A stretch of DNA of 64,000 bases, from contig NMRA01000113.1 in the NCBI GenBank assembly GCA_002633005.1, positions 340,441 to 404,440 of the forward strand, written 5' to 3'. Under the pieces are notes generated by a model. That model did not search any database. It had not been told where the DNA came from and was given only the letters and a program-made list of their open reading frames with translations. Shown one piece after another: positions 13,401 through 25,500 of this stretch. How positions within the stretch are numbered: position 1 is the stretch's first letter; each line of letters opens with the position of its first letter. A program made the position numbers and the translations under genes. This DNA comes from Phoronis australis (lineage: Eukaryota > Animalia > Phoronida).

Positions 13401-16220
13401 ACCTCTATTTGCATGACAAGGTAATGGGTGTTCCTACTCCAAATTATATTCCTTACTGTGGGTCACTTGATAGTCCTGAAAATTGTTCCTCCAAATGTCA
13501 CTAGATGTCAGTAGTAGTTGCTGTAGAGTTGCCCAGATTGTTGTAGCTTACACCTGTTTCTTTTTATTGTGAAATTTGAGCCAAACTTTAATTTCTCTTC
13601 TTGTCTTCATTTTGATGGTAAGCAATATTCATGGCCTTGTACGGTCGGTTGTTTAAGTAGATCAGGCACACTCTTGGAGACCTAGTGTGAGCTCATAACA
13701 TGGTATTGTAATCCTTGCTTGTCTTATGCACTGTCCACTCACTCTGTCGTAGTATAATGTTTTGTGGCCACATCGTTTATCATCATCAAAACGAGCTAAA
13801 TTTTGTCAAATTTGAAACCACATTGGTAAATCCTTGGGATTTGGCCAGAACAACTTGATCATGGTTGCTGTTGACTGTGATGCCATCATTGTTCTTTACA
13901 AACTTTTTTGCATGTTTCTGTCATCCTTGTATTCATCCTGTTCACGTTCAACATCGCATTCGTAATTCTTATCCTGTAATTCCATCAGTATATATGGGAC
14001 TCGCATCCATGTCAAATATTCACTGTGAACGTGCCTGGAACTCTCCCTACAAAACACAATATTAACGATAGTTCAGAAAACCTGGCGACTCACAGTTCCT
14101 TTAAATTAGATGTGGAAGTAGCACTTTACTAACCAAGAAATCATATCACTCCCAAATGTTAACCTTGCACTCAGGCCTTTATGCAGCGTACGTCCTGGGC
14201 GTCCAAATGGATGCCCTAGCACTAATCAGGATGCCCTGGCAAGGACGCCCAGTGTATCATTTGGACGCCCACTGTCAATAGGAACCTTTCAAGTTTCTGA
14301 AGGCTCACAATGGGGGCTCTTTTTACAAAGCAGGAAGAAATATACAATGTACATACAAAGTATATGCATTGTTGCTATTTTGACACTTGATTGACAGCAT
14401 TGTAAAAGTCTTGGTCTACACATTTTTTTAAGTAAAAATGCTCACCAAAGAAGGCTGTTTTATAAACTTAGATGTAAAAACCTTGATCTATGCATTTGTT
14501 GTAAAAAAATCTGTGTGTTTGGGGGTATTGCTGGGGGTTGGGGGTTATGCGTTGGAATCATGGACGCCCTGGAATATTGGGAACCCCATTTTGGACACCC
14601 TATTTTCAAAATCCTGGATAAAGGCCTGCTTGCACTTCACCAAACACAAGTACACCACAGGATGAACAAGAATCGGGTCAATACTCAAAGCACAACTTTT
14701 GGTAACCTGGAACAATCACTAATCGTTGAGTACCCGAAACAACATCATTGGTCACACCCTGCCTGACATATTACAACCGTACAATGCTGCCATCTATCGA
14801 CCAGTTGCCAATATGCTCAACACCCTGTTTCATACATAAATGTATTGCTCTCTCTTGTCTGTCAATAGACACAGCAATTCTCCACGAGCTTACTCGCCGC
14901 ATTTCTCTCACGAAACATTTTGCTCCTCATTCATTTTGTATGAGTCAACTTGGTGAGAATTCTATTCGTCACCTAATTCGCACACAATGAGGTTTGCACT
15001 TAAGAAAATGTCCATGCAAAATCTTGCCATTATTTCTAGTAGTGCACACCTCTTTAACTGTGTTAGTAAGGTCTGAAAAAATAAATAACGTTGTATAGTC
15101 ACTCCGTAATTCATGCACGTGCACGGGATATCTCATGTTGTTTACACATGGTGAAAGGGGTGACCTGGATGAGTGTCGTGTCACCCAGAGTTGTATGGTC
15201 AAAACAGTTTTTCACCATTTATAGGGTACTCTTATACTGGAACAGGATGAAGTAACTTCAACAGGATGAAGTAACTTCATTACTGTTATTTTGACCATGT
15301 TGCCAACCTGCAGGCATTTTGTTCAATTCACACATGTGCAGTCAGCGATGCTTGATTTCTTAATGAATTTCCCACACCTGTCAACTATGCTGATTATATG
15401 TTCAGTATATTTGGCACATCCTGACTATCAGGAAAGTATATTTCATTATGTAATAAGTGGGGAATTACTATATCCTAGCTGTGCATGCTTACAAGTCCTA
15501 AAACTAGTGTGCTGTTTGTCCTCCCTTCTAAATCTAGTGCTTTGCATGCTTGTAGATGCCCATTTATTCTGAATGATGTAGTTTGTGCATACCGATTCAT
15601 TTTGTGTGATGTAAATTATGCATACTGATTCATTCTGACTGATGTAGGTTGTGCATACCAACTCATTGTAGTGGATGTAAACTGTGCACACTGAACGATT
15701 CCAGTTTAGGTAGTACACATAGATTCAGCATATTGACGGATTCTGATTGACATAAACTATACCGATTCCAATTGATATAGAATGTGCATACTGATTCTGT
15801 CATTTATGTAAATTGTAATAAGACTGATTGTGACATGTTGTCATCTTTTTCAGGATTTATTTTCAAAGTGTCCTGTTACAATTTTGTTTGATTTATAAAG
15901 ACAAGTAAGAAACAGGTGGCAGAACATCTTCATGTCCTGCAGATTTTTGTGATGTGCTCAACTTTAAATTGCAACAACATTTAAATAGATTTTTATCGTT
16001 TTTGATAGTGTTTTAAGTTATTCTACCATATTGCGCTATGAATATAGTTATGGCAGACAAATTCTTGTCTGCCCTCTATAAACTGTATGATTTCTTCTCT
16101 TGTTGCAGTGCTCGTAAATGCCCCATCCCGTATCACCGACCAAGCCCTGCCACACCAAGCTCAGACAACAGCTGGTCCCCCCCTCGTAGACGAGTTTACA
16201 GACGCAGTCGATCCAGCTAA
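1468..16220 (+). CDS. SRRM2: Serine/arginine repetitive matrix protein, invertebrate Srrm2/3/4 (cwf21 domain + RS region + eMIC last exon), ~446 aa isoform
   Basis: N-terminus [22 protein letters not shown] is the Cwc21/SRRM2 signature. Exons, all GT-AG: 1468-1706, 2123-2233, 2939-3106, 3883-3951, 4817-4879, 7253-7366, 10592-10732, 11335-11493, 12326-12490, 16109-16220. They total 1341 nt in one open frame. An acceptor at 1446-1447 implies an upstream non-coding exon. AATAAA at 17230. Confidence 0.92.
3951..4052 (+). repeat. 17-bp minisatellite x~6 starting at the exon-4 donor
   Basis: Unit ggttggtagtattgtat repeated directly from the splice donor. Confidence 0.85.
5011..6420 (+). mobile_element. 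Helentron-associated (HINE/DINE-like) non-autonomous element with degenerate internal tandem units
   Basis: Starts TTTTATG + short hairpin cccatgtatacatatatggg + catattgctgtc. Recurring units resembling atgaaatttggcag...tttttggatggatccgactac...cctagtggc. Related copies at ~27890-28950, ~36430-36980, ~38406-38550 and ~53355-53520. Confidence 0.6.
9131..9196. mobile_element. Tc1/mariner-type MITE remnant
   Basis: tacaggatgtttcaaaaaga ... cctttttgaatcccctgt imperfect inverted termini beginning with TA. A related end occurs at ~34403. Confidence 0.45.
9961..9974 (+). other. Candidate 14-nt frameshifting microexon in Srrm2/3/4 intron 6
   Basis: ttttgtctcttttgtgcttcgtttcaaTGCattttcccAG | gggttctacaagag | GTaaaa: long pyrimidine tract, TGC near the acceptor, and a GT donor 14 nt downstream. 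Confidence 0.45.
11668..12180 (+). repeat. 44-bp minisatellite x~11 in Srrm2/3/4 intron 8
   Basis: Unit ggtcttattacacttcttatgtttgtttacaacaccactgtcaa. It explains the three overlapping periodic ORFs at 11532-12190. Confidence 0.95.
12705..12807 (+). CDS. Proximal alternative last exon of Srrm2/3/4 (RS-rich tail, no complete eMIC), gives ~443 aa isoform
   Basis: Pyrimidine tract ttccttttctgactctctaaAG followed by a phase-2-compatible frame (R)SHDSYKDRRSYSRSSSSSARSSRSRSRSYGGRY* whose RS composition matches the gene. Confidence 0.75.
14172..14628. mobile_element. hAT-superfamily MITE, 457 bp, with 8-bp target-site duplication
   Basis: TIRs caggcctttatgcag / ctggataaaggcctg (14 of 15 match), flanked on both sides by CTTGCACT. 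Subterminal ggacgccc repeats. Confidence 0.9.
15570..15830. repeat. Degenerate ~33-bp tandem repeat
   Basis: Recurring ctgattcattctg..gatgtaaattgtgcata. The minus-strand ORF shows 11-aa periodicity (QNESVC). Confidence 0.7.
16109..16220 (+). CDS. Distal alternative last exon encoding the C-terminal part of the eMIC domain
   Basis: Acceptor ttcttctcttgttgcAG. Joined to exon 12326-12490 it reads GSPSHLDRRRITS-ARKCPIPYHRPSP, matching the SRRM3/SRRM4 C-terminal motif RRITSARKRPIPYYRPSP. Confidence 0.88.
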
Positions 16221-18235
16221 CATCATCCTTCACAGTCCACATGTTCTAAATGTCTCATTCACAACTTGAATTACAGTAAAACTCGCACAACTGGTATCGA
16301 GTCAAATTGAGATTTTTTCACAGTAGGACAATTTGGACTTGTCTGTCGAAGGAGTTCAGAGAAAATCTGATTTTGCATGCATGCCTACTTGTGCCCTTTT
16401 ACTGTACATCGTTTCTCTGAATGCATTTACCGTTGTACCAGTAGTACAAGTATCTATTGCTTGTGAGGAGTATTAGTGTGGAATATTAAGTTTATATTTA
16501 TTTATTTATTTATAACAAGTCATAGAATAGTTGTGGGTTGTGCAATACATTCCTTAGTGTTTAGTCTAAATTCAAAAATGTTACCTCAACAGGAGCTTTG
16601 GTGCTCATGTTGTGTTCCTACTACCCTGGTAGCGAATGCCATCAAACATGTTTTCATCACGTTCAATGAACACAGCGGTCTAGTGTTTACTTATTTTAAC
16701 CTGATTAAAACAAGTGTTATGCCTATCCACAAAGTTGCAATTTCTCTATAAAATTTTTGAATAATGCACATGGCATGTATTACAACACCACTAAAGTAAA
16801 AATTGAAGAATGCTGAAGCTGGTAAAGCACTTTAAATCCAGTCAAAAACTTAATTAAAGATGTTAGCTTTCAAGCTTGATAGGAGCAGCCCTTAATAAGG
16901 TATGAAGACAAATGGCACGAAAGGCCCTCTTGTATCAACCTGTTCAAATCTACAAGGGGAGGGATGGGGGAACAAAGACGGAAAATGAGGGGAAATGGTT
17001 AGAGGTTTTGGTTCACGTGGCCCATGTCTTTATGTACCACCATTCTCATGGTTGTTGAAAAACAATTAAAACACTGAGATTTCTTCAGATCTCCCAGAAT
17101 GGTCGCCTTAATTTCTACCGGATTTTTATGTGTTTTTGTAGCTTCTGCATTGTTTCATTTTATCTGGTGTCAACACATCAATTTTAAGAATTAAAGCATG
17201 TACTATGTTATGTGCTTGGAGAACTTTGAAATAAAACTTGAAAAATAATACCCACTGCTGCATTTTCTATTCACCATCTTATCTTCTAAGTCCAGTGCAG
17301 CATTATAATAACATTTATAAAGTGGACAATGTGTAAGACCAATTTACGGTGTTGTTGAGCTTGTACATTGTGTACAGCATATAGTAAGGGATGATCTTAT
17401 TTTAAACATTACTAAAAGAGGGAGCAATACTTGTAAACTCAAATTGCCTCTGGAGGTGAAAGAGAAATCAGATCCGTCCCAAAGTCCTTGTCCTCCGTTG
17501 TCATGATTACAGAATGCACAAGTACGATTTAAGAAAGATCCTACCAGAAGTTTAGGAGACGGAGCCACAGATTATAAAAAACAAAACTGCCACTACGGTG
17601 TGCCACCGTCGTACACTAGTCGGAGTGTCACGAAAATCATTGTCCAATAAGAACATAAGCCACTAAGTTTTCATAATAATCCTTTAAGTAGTTTGCTTAG
17701 TAATACCTCAAACCACCCGAAAATGGGGAGGTATGAGCCAAGCGGACACCAACAAACAAAACTTAAAAAACGACTACTTGTTCTCGGAGAATACGCCAAA
17801 TCCATCCAAAAGCGAGATGCCGGCATCATCTCCATAATGGAATTGAAAATCCAATTGAGGAACTGTGAAGACTGACTCATAGGAGAGGAATAGAAAAAAA
17901 GTTCCACTAGAGCAGGGGCGGATCCCGGATTTTGAGTTGGGAGGGGTCAGGGCACGGGAATAACCAGAATTTGGGGAAAATGCGTGCGCCCAACCTAAAG
18001 TGTGGGGACGCAGAGGCCTCGAATGTTCGGGGTTGCGGACCTGTAGACTAAAAAAAAAGATAAACGGGGTTTGTTCAGGGCCTATGCGTTGTTTATCCCG
18101 GCACCTATAACCCCTGACGTCACCACAGAAACAGAAACAAGACAACAACGGAAGCAAAAGGCTTGGAGGGACAGTGAGTACAGACTCAGGCTAAACAGTT
18201 TCCGCAATCAGAAAAACGCAACCATAAACAGTTAA

Positions 18236-18861
18236 AGGACTTCAGGAAACTGAGTGGAACGAGGGAAGTGATGTGGTCGTCTGAGGAGATGAGATTTAGT
18301 CCACAAATAGTTTCATAAAGGCATTGAGAACGACTCAAACACACCAAGATTGTCAATTGTTGGGACGAAAAGTTTTATTCCCCCTCCCGGCCACCTCCCC
18401 TTTTCTGTACGTTACACTCTGTAACCCTCCACTGCTTTGTACGTTGCGTGGACGGGTAGCGCTGCGTTCTTCACACGAACGAGCTAGCCAAGTACGGCAA
18501 AGTGTGTCATCCTTTGAAAAGCGACGCAAGGTACCCAAAGCGCGTGTGAGACGATAATGAGTACATCCCGGCACGCAGCAACTGCGTGGCATGTTGAATG
18601 ACTTGTAAACAAAAGCAAACGACGACCGAACTTATCACAACCGAGGTAGAACAATGACTGGCTCGACAGCTCTCCCAGTCAGACTATAATGAAAAGAAAT
18701 TGGCGCGAATTAACTCTTGTCTCCCAAAACGTCACTTCCGGAGTAGAGGACGAGAAATTAATCAAATTACAAAAAGTTGTAATTAAGTGAAAATTGTGTC
18801 TGGGATAATCAACGAACCTTATTTTTGCTAAAAGTGACATGAAAAAAGGTTGCCTTCGCCT
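18236..18861 (-). mobile_element. THAP-domain DNA transposon remnant (possibly Kolobok-like)
   Basis: Minus ORF from 18592 reads MPRSCCVPGC...LRRFSKDDTLCRTWLA, resembling the THAP N-terminus (CxxxxC...hrFPkd....W). The region is bounded by TTAA-AGG and CCT-TTAA, but the TIR match is poor. Confidence 0.5.
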
Positions 18862-18964
18862 TTAAATTCAGTGTACACGTGTTAAGGTTTAGTTAAGGGG
18901 GTTTCACAACAAAGTAAAATTTATCGTTGACATTTTTTTTCTATTTTCATTTTTTGTATTTTAG

Positions 18965-20150
18965 TATACAAGTCATGCCATACTTTATTGCATTCGAGGC
19001 CAGAGGCCCAAAGTACAACAAGAAATATATATACACGCACAGTTAATTACGAAGCAGCGAGTTAAACAATTTTTCTCTACGCACCGTGGCTAAATATACG
19101 AACTTTACAATGTTTGCATCGGGAGTCTTCATAAGGAGTCTTCATAATCTTGGTGAAGTATAGGGCAGAGTTAAGATTATCAAAATTTACATTTACATAT
19201 TGCTGACGGAGGCCTGCATAAGCATTACAGACCAACACAAAGTGCAGTTCGTCTTCAATGTAGTTCACGTTACAGAAAACACAAATTCTATTACAGTAAT
19301 CTATTTTGTTTTGCATTCTCGTTTCCACTTCCAATTTGAGGTTGGCACAAGGAAACCTTGAAAATTTTTGTACAAAAGTGGTAGATTAAACCGAAATTAT
19401 TCCTCTGAAGAGTAATTAAATTTGAAAGATTTAAAGTAGAGCAATTTGTGATTTTCATGAATGTCAACTTCCCAACCTTGTAAGTAACACCCAATCAATC
19501 TTTGGGAAAATTGTTATTTCCCGTGTTACACCTTATTTATCCACACTTCATGGAAACCATACTTGGACAAAAGAGATGTGATATCGACTGAGGAAGCCCA
19601 ATCATAAAAAATCTACCGTCAGCTCGGACATACCTGCTTGACGACAGTTTCAGCATCTTAAACCAATATTTTATACATGTGATCAAATGTTTTGCAAACA
19701 GTGGATAACGCCCGCATTCGGCTGCATTGGAAAAAGAAGTGCTCACACCAAGCACCATTTTACAGAATTTCACGTGAAAACGTTCTATGCCGTCATACTC
19801 TTTAAACCCCCAGATTTCAGCCCCATGACAAATTGCTGAAAAAATCGTTGTATCAAATAATTTAAAACGTGGACCATGTGGTAGGTTTCGACATCGGTTA
19901 CATAATTTAGAAATGCTTCCTTTCTCTGAAAGTGTGGTGGTCTCCGTTGTCCAAGAGAGTTTCGTAGTGACAAACAGCGAACAAGGACTTTCATCGCGTG
20001 GTTTTACGGCCGTAAAACGCATTTTTTTACTATTATTGGGTGGGATAGATTCTTGAAGTTATTAGCTTTGTCAAAAGCAATAGAACAGCAAAACTTGGTT
20101 TTCGCCTTTGTCTGCCACACATACTCAAGTTGCACTTTCTTGAATCCATA
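18965..20150 (-). mobile_element. Degenerate 5'-truncated LINE (ORF2 RT thumb and C-terminal Cys/His region plus 3' tail)
   Basis: Fragments GAEIWGFKEYDGIERFHVKFCKMVLGV..ECGRYPL and RICVFCNVNYIEDELHFVLVCNAYAGLR, with frameshifts. 3' GGGCC..GGCCT stem and AATAAA near 18984-19010. Confidence 0.8.
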
Positions 20151-22594
20151 TAGCACGTAATTTCCTTACCGTCTCGAATAATAGATGCAACTTGTCTATG
20201 TACTACAACTCTGCTCGTACATAAATGAGAAAGGAACTGTATTTGCGAGAACTCTAGGCGTTAATTTTATGAAAACACATAGGAGAAAAGAAACAGAAAG
20301 AGCTTAGCCTCTGGAGCAAGAGAAAAGCGATGATACTATGTTTTTTTGGCAAAACTGTGGTAATACCAGACTGATGTATTAGATGAGAGAAGCCAGGAAA
20401 GAATCTGTCAGCTCCTAACAGTAAAATAGACTTGCTTATTGGGCAACATGTATCCGGTCGGGTTGCACTATCCTCTTGTGACCACAGTGGAAGTTGTTTT
20501 GATATGGATGGGTGACGTAACTCATTAATAAAAACATATCTATTGAATTTCATGACCATGAGTCCCTTGGGAGATATCAAGGAGGGTGACAACTTTAATA
20601 GTTAAATTCATCTACACAGTAGCAGTTGCCATCTTGATTTTATTAAAAATGTACCCGCTAAATTTCGCAAAGATTACTATAGCTGAATGGTTGCAGAAAT
20701 ATTAATGCCAAAAAATCAAAATTGTCACTACGGGCTATAGAACCAAACAGATTCGTCCACCATCATCAATACAAACGAACGAGTTACGTACGCCGATTTA
20801 AGTTATATAAATAGTTTTTTCGGTGTTTCGCAGAATTAAAGACAATCACAGACGTAATTGGAGCATTCATTTTGTTTACCCAAAAGTGTCGTCTAAACTT
20901 CGGTAGCAATTTGGGCTCGAGTGCCAAATTCATGAAGATACACTAGATCAAGAAATTTGGTCACACTTTAATATCTTCATGAGCACATTCTCGGAGATTT
21001 TCTACTAAGGACACAGCAATTAAGTAGCCCAGATCCTGCGTCGGAAAACCACTGCCTGTCAATGATGTTCTCGATATTAATAGGCCCACACCAGTCTCGA
21101 GACAGAGACCTGCAAACGCTAAGAACGGTCACCAGAATAGTGAAATTGCCACGGAAAGCACAGGTTAGACCCTTGGAAAATATGCATGTGCTGTGGTCTC
21201 CCTAACAGAATGAAGCACGTGAGGGCAAATTCAAGATGATGTATTAAAGAACATTCTAGGTAAAGATACCAAAAATTAAAACTGAATGTGGCTGCATTTG
21301 CCAGATACGTCTGGAAATTAAAGTAGACCGTTTCCATGATGATAAAAACATATAATTTCTTAGTTTCATGACGTCCCTTCAAGGGCTGCAGCTAGGCTGC
21401 CTTGGTAATGTAGTGTAAATTACACGAGGGAGCGTTGTTTCTCATTGTTGTTTATTAATGACTGTTAATTGGAAACAAAAACCCTATTTTTGTTTTTGCC
21501 AGTGATTTTCTAATTGTTACACATTTAGTTGATGGAAATATATATATTTGAAGTCACTAAAACCCCAGCAAATTAATCTCTAAAGCACGTCAAAGTTGGC
21601 TGGCTAAAAGTCGAGTACAAAAATTAGGCAAAACTTATGGAGCATCAGTTTGGCGCACTGCCAAAGGTTAAAAGGATACTAAATCCTGTCTTCAGTGATG
21701 ATTTAAACCAATTAATCATCGTTCTTCTGATGCAGCCCAGCGTTGGCGTCAGTCTTGAAAGATAAAAGCAGGAATCAACTGAAAACTCATACTCACCCTA
21801 CGTCACCGACATTGACGGGATATTATGGTTCTCATTTAATGGGTGGTCTTTCGATCACACTTGTTTGGCCAAAATATATGAGTACGAACTTTAAATCAGC
21901 TCATATGTAAACAAAGACATTGCATTAATCGGACGTTTCGGAGTGTAATTTTCCCACAGTTGCCCGTTTGCCAGACTTTGAAAGGAGTTTTCAAATTTTC
22001 CTACAAACTTTTGAAGGTTCGAGGGTTACTGACCATCTTAGATTGTTTCAGACTCGGAGAATTGGATGGGAACGTCGTTTTTATCTGTTAATTGGTCAAA
22101 ACCGGGTTCGGTATACTATTAACGGTAGCCTCTTTGAAAACGTAAAACAATCTTATAGAGAATATCAAAGTCTACTTTTCATTATTCTCTATTGCCGCTA
22201 TACCGTTTCAAATACCGGTATATTTCAGTTATTGAACCCAACATATTGATCAGTATGCGACCAAAATATCGATGATGCTGTAACTCAAAAAAATAATCAC
22301 CCAAAAATTTAAAATAAACAAGCAGATTTTTGTTGCTTGTTCGATGTTGACTTTTTTGAAGCCCAAGGGACATATGTCCGAATGAGAGACAACATATGTC
22401 CCCTCTTGTCTGTTCCCGTTGCTTCATTCCACGTCTCCAGATAATTGAGTAATGTTGCTATTGCTTTAACACACTTGTAAATAAGTTGGAACTGGAAGTC
22501 TGCGGGTGATCTTCAGCTTTCCATATTATTTTTCACACTCATAGACAATTATTCCGCAATAACCATGGTGTAACTATTTATTTAGGCGATCAAA

Positions 22595-25500
22595 ATGTTG
22601 AACATGGCAGTGAAGTTGTTTTTATTGGCGTTTATTATCTCGATTTTTGGTCAATACTTCCTTGCCAATGTCAGTGCTATTGATTCGCCCTCACACACAA
22701 AATCACAGTCACGGAAAGAGAGTTCGAAGCTTGGAAAAGGCAATCATGATGATATCAAAGACGTTTTTGAAGAACTTGGCATTTTGGGAAATGATACCAG
22801 TGATAGGTAAGTGTCCTGAATATAAATTCTTTTGTTGAAGTAAGTCTTGTATTCGATTCCTGATTAGAGGAACCTTAGGCTTAGGCATTGGTCATATAGC
22901 GGTCCATGATTTAGAGAACCAGTTCATCCACTAAATAACGGCCCCGTTACTCAGTGATTGCCTGGTTCTCTAAATCAGGGACCTCTATACCCGACCAGTG
23001 CCGAATCCTACTTAGACCATCCAGGAACTCACATAAAGCTAGTTACTAGTGTAGCAGTATACTAGGAGTCGGCAACATGGACAATTACCTCTAACTAAGC
23101 TTGAGCTTTCACATAAGAGCAATTGTTGCCTCTAGGAAGAGTGCAGCCAACACTGGCTACTTTTACAACATGATCCCCCTCCCTAAACGACGGAATCTGG
23201 GCACTGGTCAAATACTAGTAGTAGTATACTGGTAGCGGTCCCCGATTTGGAGAATCTGTTTCAGTTAGTGAATAATCAAGGACGGCTCTATATTCCACTA
23301 GTGCCTGAAAGCCGTCACTGACTGTTGTATTGTATCATGCTATGTAGCATAGTTATATATTCCTATGAATGAAGTAGTTTTCTTGGTACTTACCCAACAA
23401 ATATAAACTGACATGGTCTTAAAGCCTGGTGTCTTCATTATTGCCTCTTACCCGTCAAATGATACTTTACTAAAAATGCTAATTTTAGTAATTGCTATTA
23501 AAAGTCCATCGGTTCCAAAACTTAAACCCGCTATCTCTGATCTGTAATCCAAGCGCCCAAGCCAATCAGCCAAGGGGCAATTGGCCATTGGCAAGTAACA
23601 TGAAGGAGCTTTATTGGACTGTACGTCACACCCTGAAGTCACAACATTGCTGAGTCATATCAAACCAACTGGGAATTGAAACAGGCACCTGCATATTTTT
23701 TGAGCTATAGGAACATACGACACTTCCAATAACCTAAAAGATGGAGCTCTCGTGTAAGACCAGTTATTACCCTCTCTGGACGTTGCACTAACAGCCAACC
23801 ACAAGACTAGTGCATGTAGTGAAGAAGACTATACAGGTTAAGTGGGCAGAACTTGAACCCAGGTCTCCAGTGTGTCATACATGTGTCTCTCAATATATCG
23901 AACATTTAAGAGGCATGACATCATTGTTGGAGCCAGGAGAACTGTTTACAACACTCTTCCCTTCCTTGGAATAGGGGTCATTCTGGTATTATGTGACAGT
24001 AACACTCGGAACATCCAGGAATTTTGCTACGGTGTCACCTTTCCAAACATTGTGGAATTTGCTCTCAGCGACGCTCTTCTTGTATTCTAGATCGTCCCTC
24101 AGTTCGGCCACCAGTCCATCCGTCACTTGAGCAGTTGTGTTTATCACAGGTTGTGAGTCAGACCGTAGTTGATGCCAGACAGGATTCAAACTCAGTTGCC
24201 CATTGGCGAGTAGTTCAGAGACATGATACTCAGTTAATTAAATACTGACTCACTAAGTCTGATGTTTACAGTTATGACAAACTGACCATTAACCTGAACA
24301 AATACAGTGCTGTACGCAATTCAAATGATTTTGTATTTTGGTAAACAATAATTGATAAAGCTGCTCCGTTTCATTGTCAAGGGCTTCTGTCATTGTTGTA
24401 AATGACCCAAGTTTCCAACTATTGTTTGATGGTAGTTATAGTATATCATGAACATTGCCCTCTGAGACAGCATTGGTAATCCTCATGGGTAACTCATCTA
24501 TCGATGGTTAGTTGCCAGGAGCTGGTGATAACTTTTGGCTGACAATATACTGAAAACCAGAAAGCCCAACAAGTTCAGACTTGCATGTCAATAAACTTTG
24601 TCCCTTTTTGATGTTCTTTGATACTTTACTCTTGCAATTAAGGTAAATTTGATCCTATTACCAATTATTTGACCACATCTTTGAAATAGATCAGTTCACA
24701 TGTACATTTTAGTGGTTAAGGTCACAACTTTTTTGGTAAGATGACCTGTAATTTGCATATCTAGGACAAGGAATAAAAGGGGGATAATTGCAGTGTATTA
24801 TTCACAATGAAATGTTTCCATGCTTATTATTTTGTAATATTCCTTATTTTATCAGTCAAGTAAATCTCTTGAGCAGCTCCATTGTAGAGCCATCATTAGT
24901 ATGCTTTTGGCATAAACGGGCAATATATTGACTAATTATGGTGCTGAACTTGGGCATGATAAAGCATTATTTTTACTATCATTTATTAAGAAATAAGAAA
25001 TTATAATGTTCTTTTGTTTGTATTGTTTCCTAAATTGGTGATATTTTACTGTACATACTATTATTTATACCACAATATTAGCCTCGAATGGCAGATACAA
25101 CCGTGTAATAACCCATAAAGTTATCTCACTAGTGAGATAACATTTTGGTGGGAAACCGAGGCCGGATTCGAACCCGCGCGTCAAGAGTTTCGAGTCGCTA
25201 ACTTTACCACTACACCACTCAGTGGCTGACGTCATCGAACGTGAAAATAGAATACTTAAATGAGCACGCGCAACAATCGCTTGTTCAGCAAAGGGCATTG
25301 TACCGACATTGATACACTATGAAAAATAAGACGCATAATTTCCATAAAAACGATATTTTAATTCAGTGAAATTTTTCTCTCGTGTACTTTCACTTGTAAA
25401 TCACCGATCTCCAATTTGAATGCAGGTATCGTGTCGTCGGGATCCTTTGACTTGAGCATTATAGCCAATTACTAGTGGTAACCCACTTTAGCAGACGATA

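Noticed and set aside
2776-16383. Apparent enrichment of RBFOX TGCATG motifs in the Srrm2/3/4 gene
   Set aside because: About 15 counted by eye versus about 11 in the NHE8 region; not clearly above background without a statistical test.
23890-24240. Protein-like minus-strand stretch in NHE8 intron 1 ([14 protein letters not shown]...)
   Set aside because: Contains an internal stop, matches no family I recognise, and has no supported exon chain.
25154-25224. Functional tRNA (apparent CGA anticodon)
   Set aside because: The D and anticodon stems do not pair, so it was treated as a SINE head or pseudogene.
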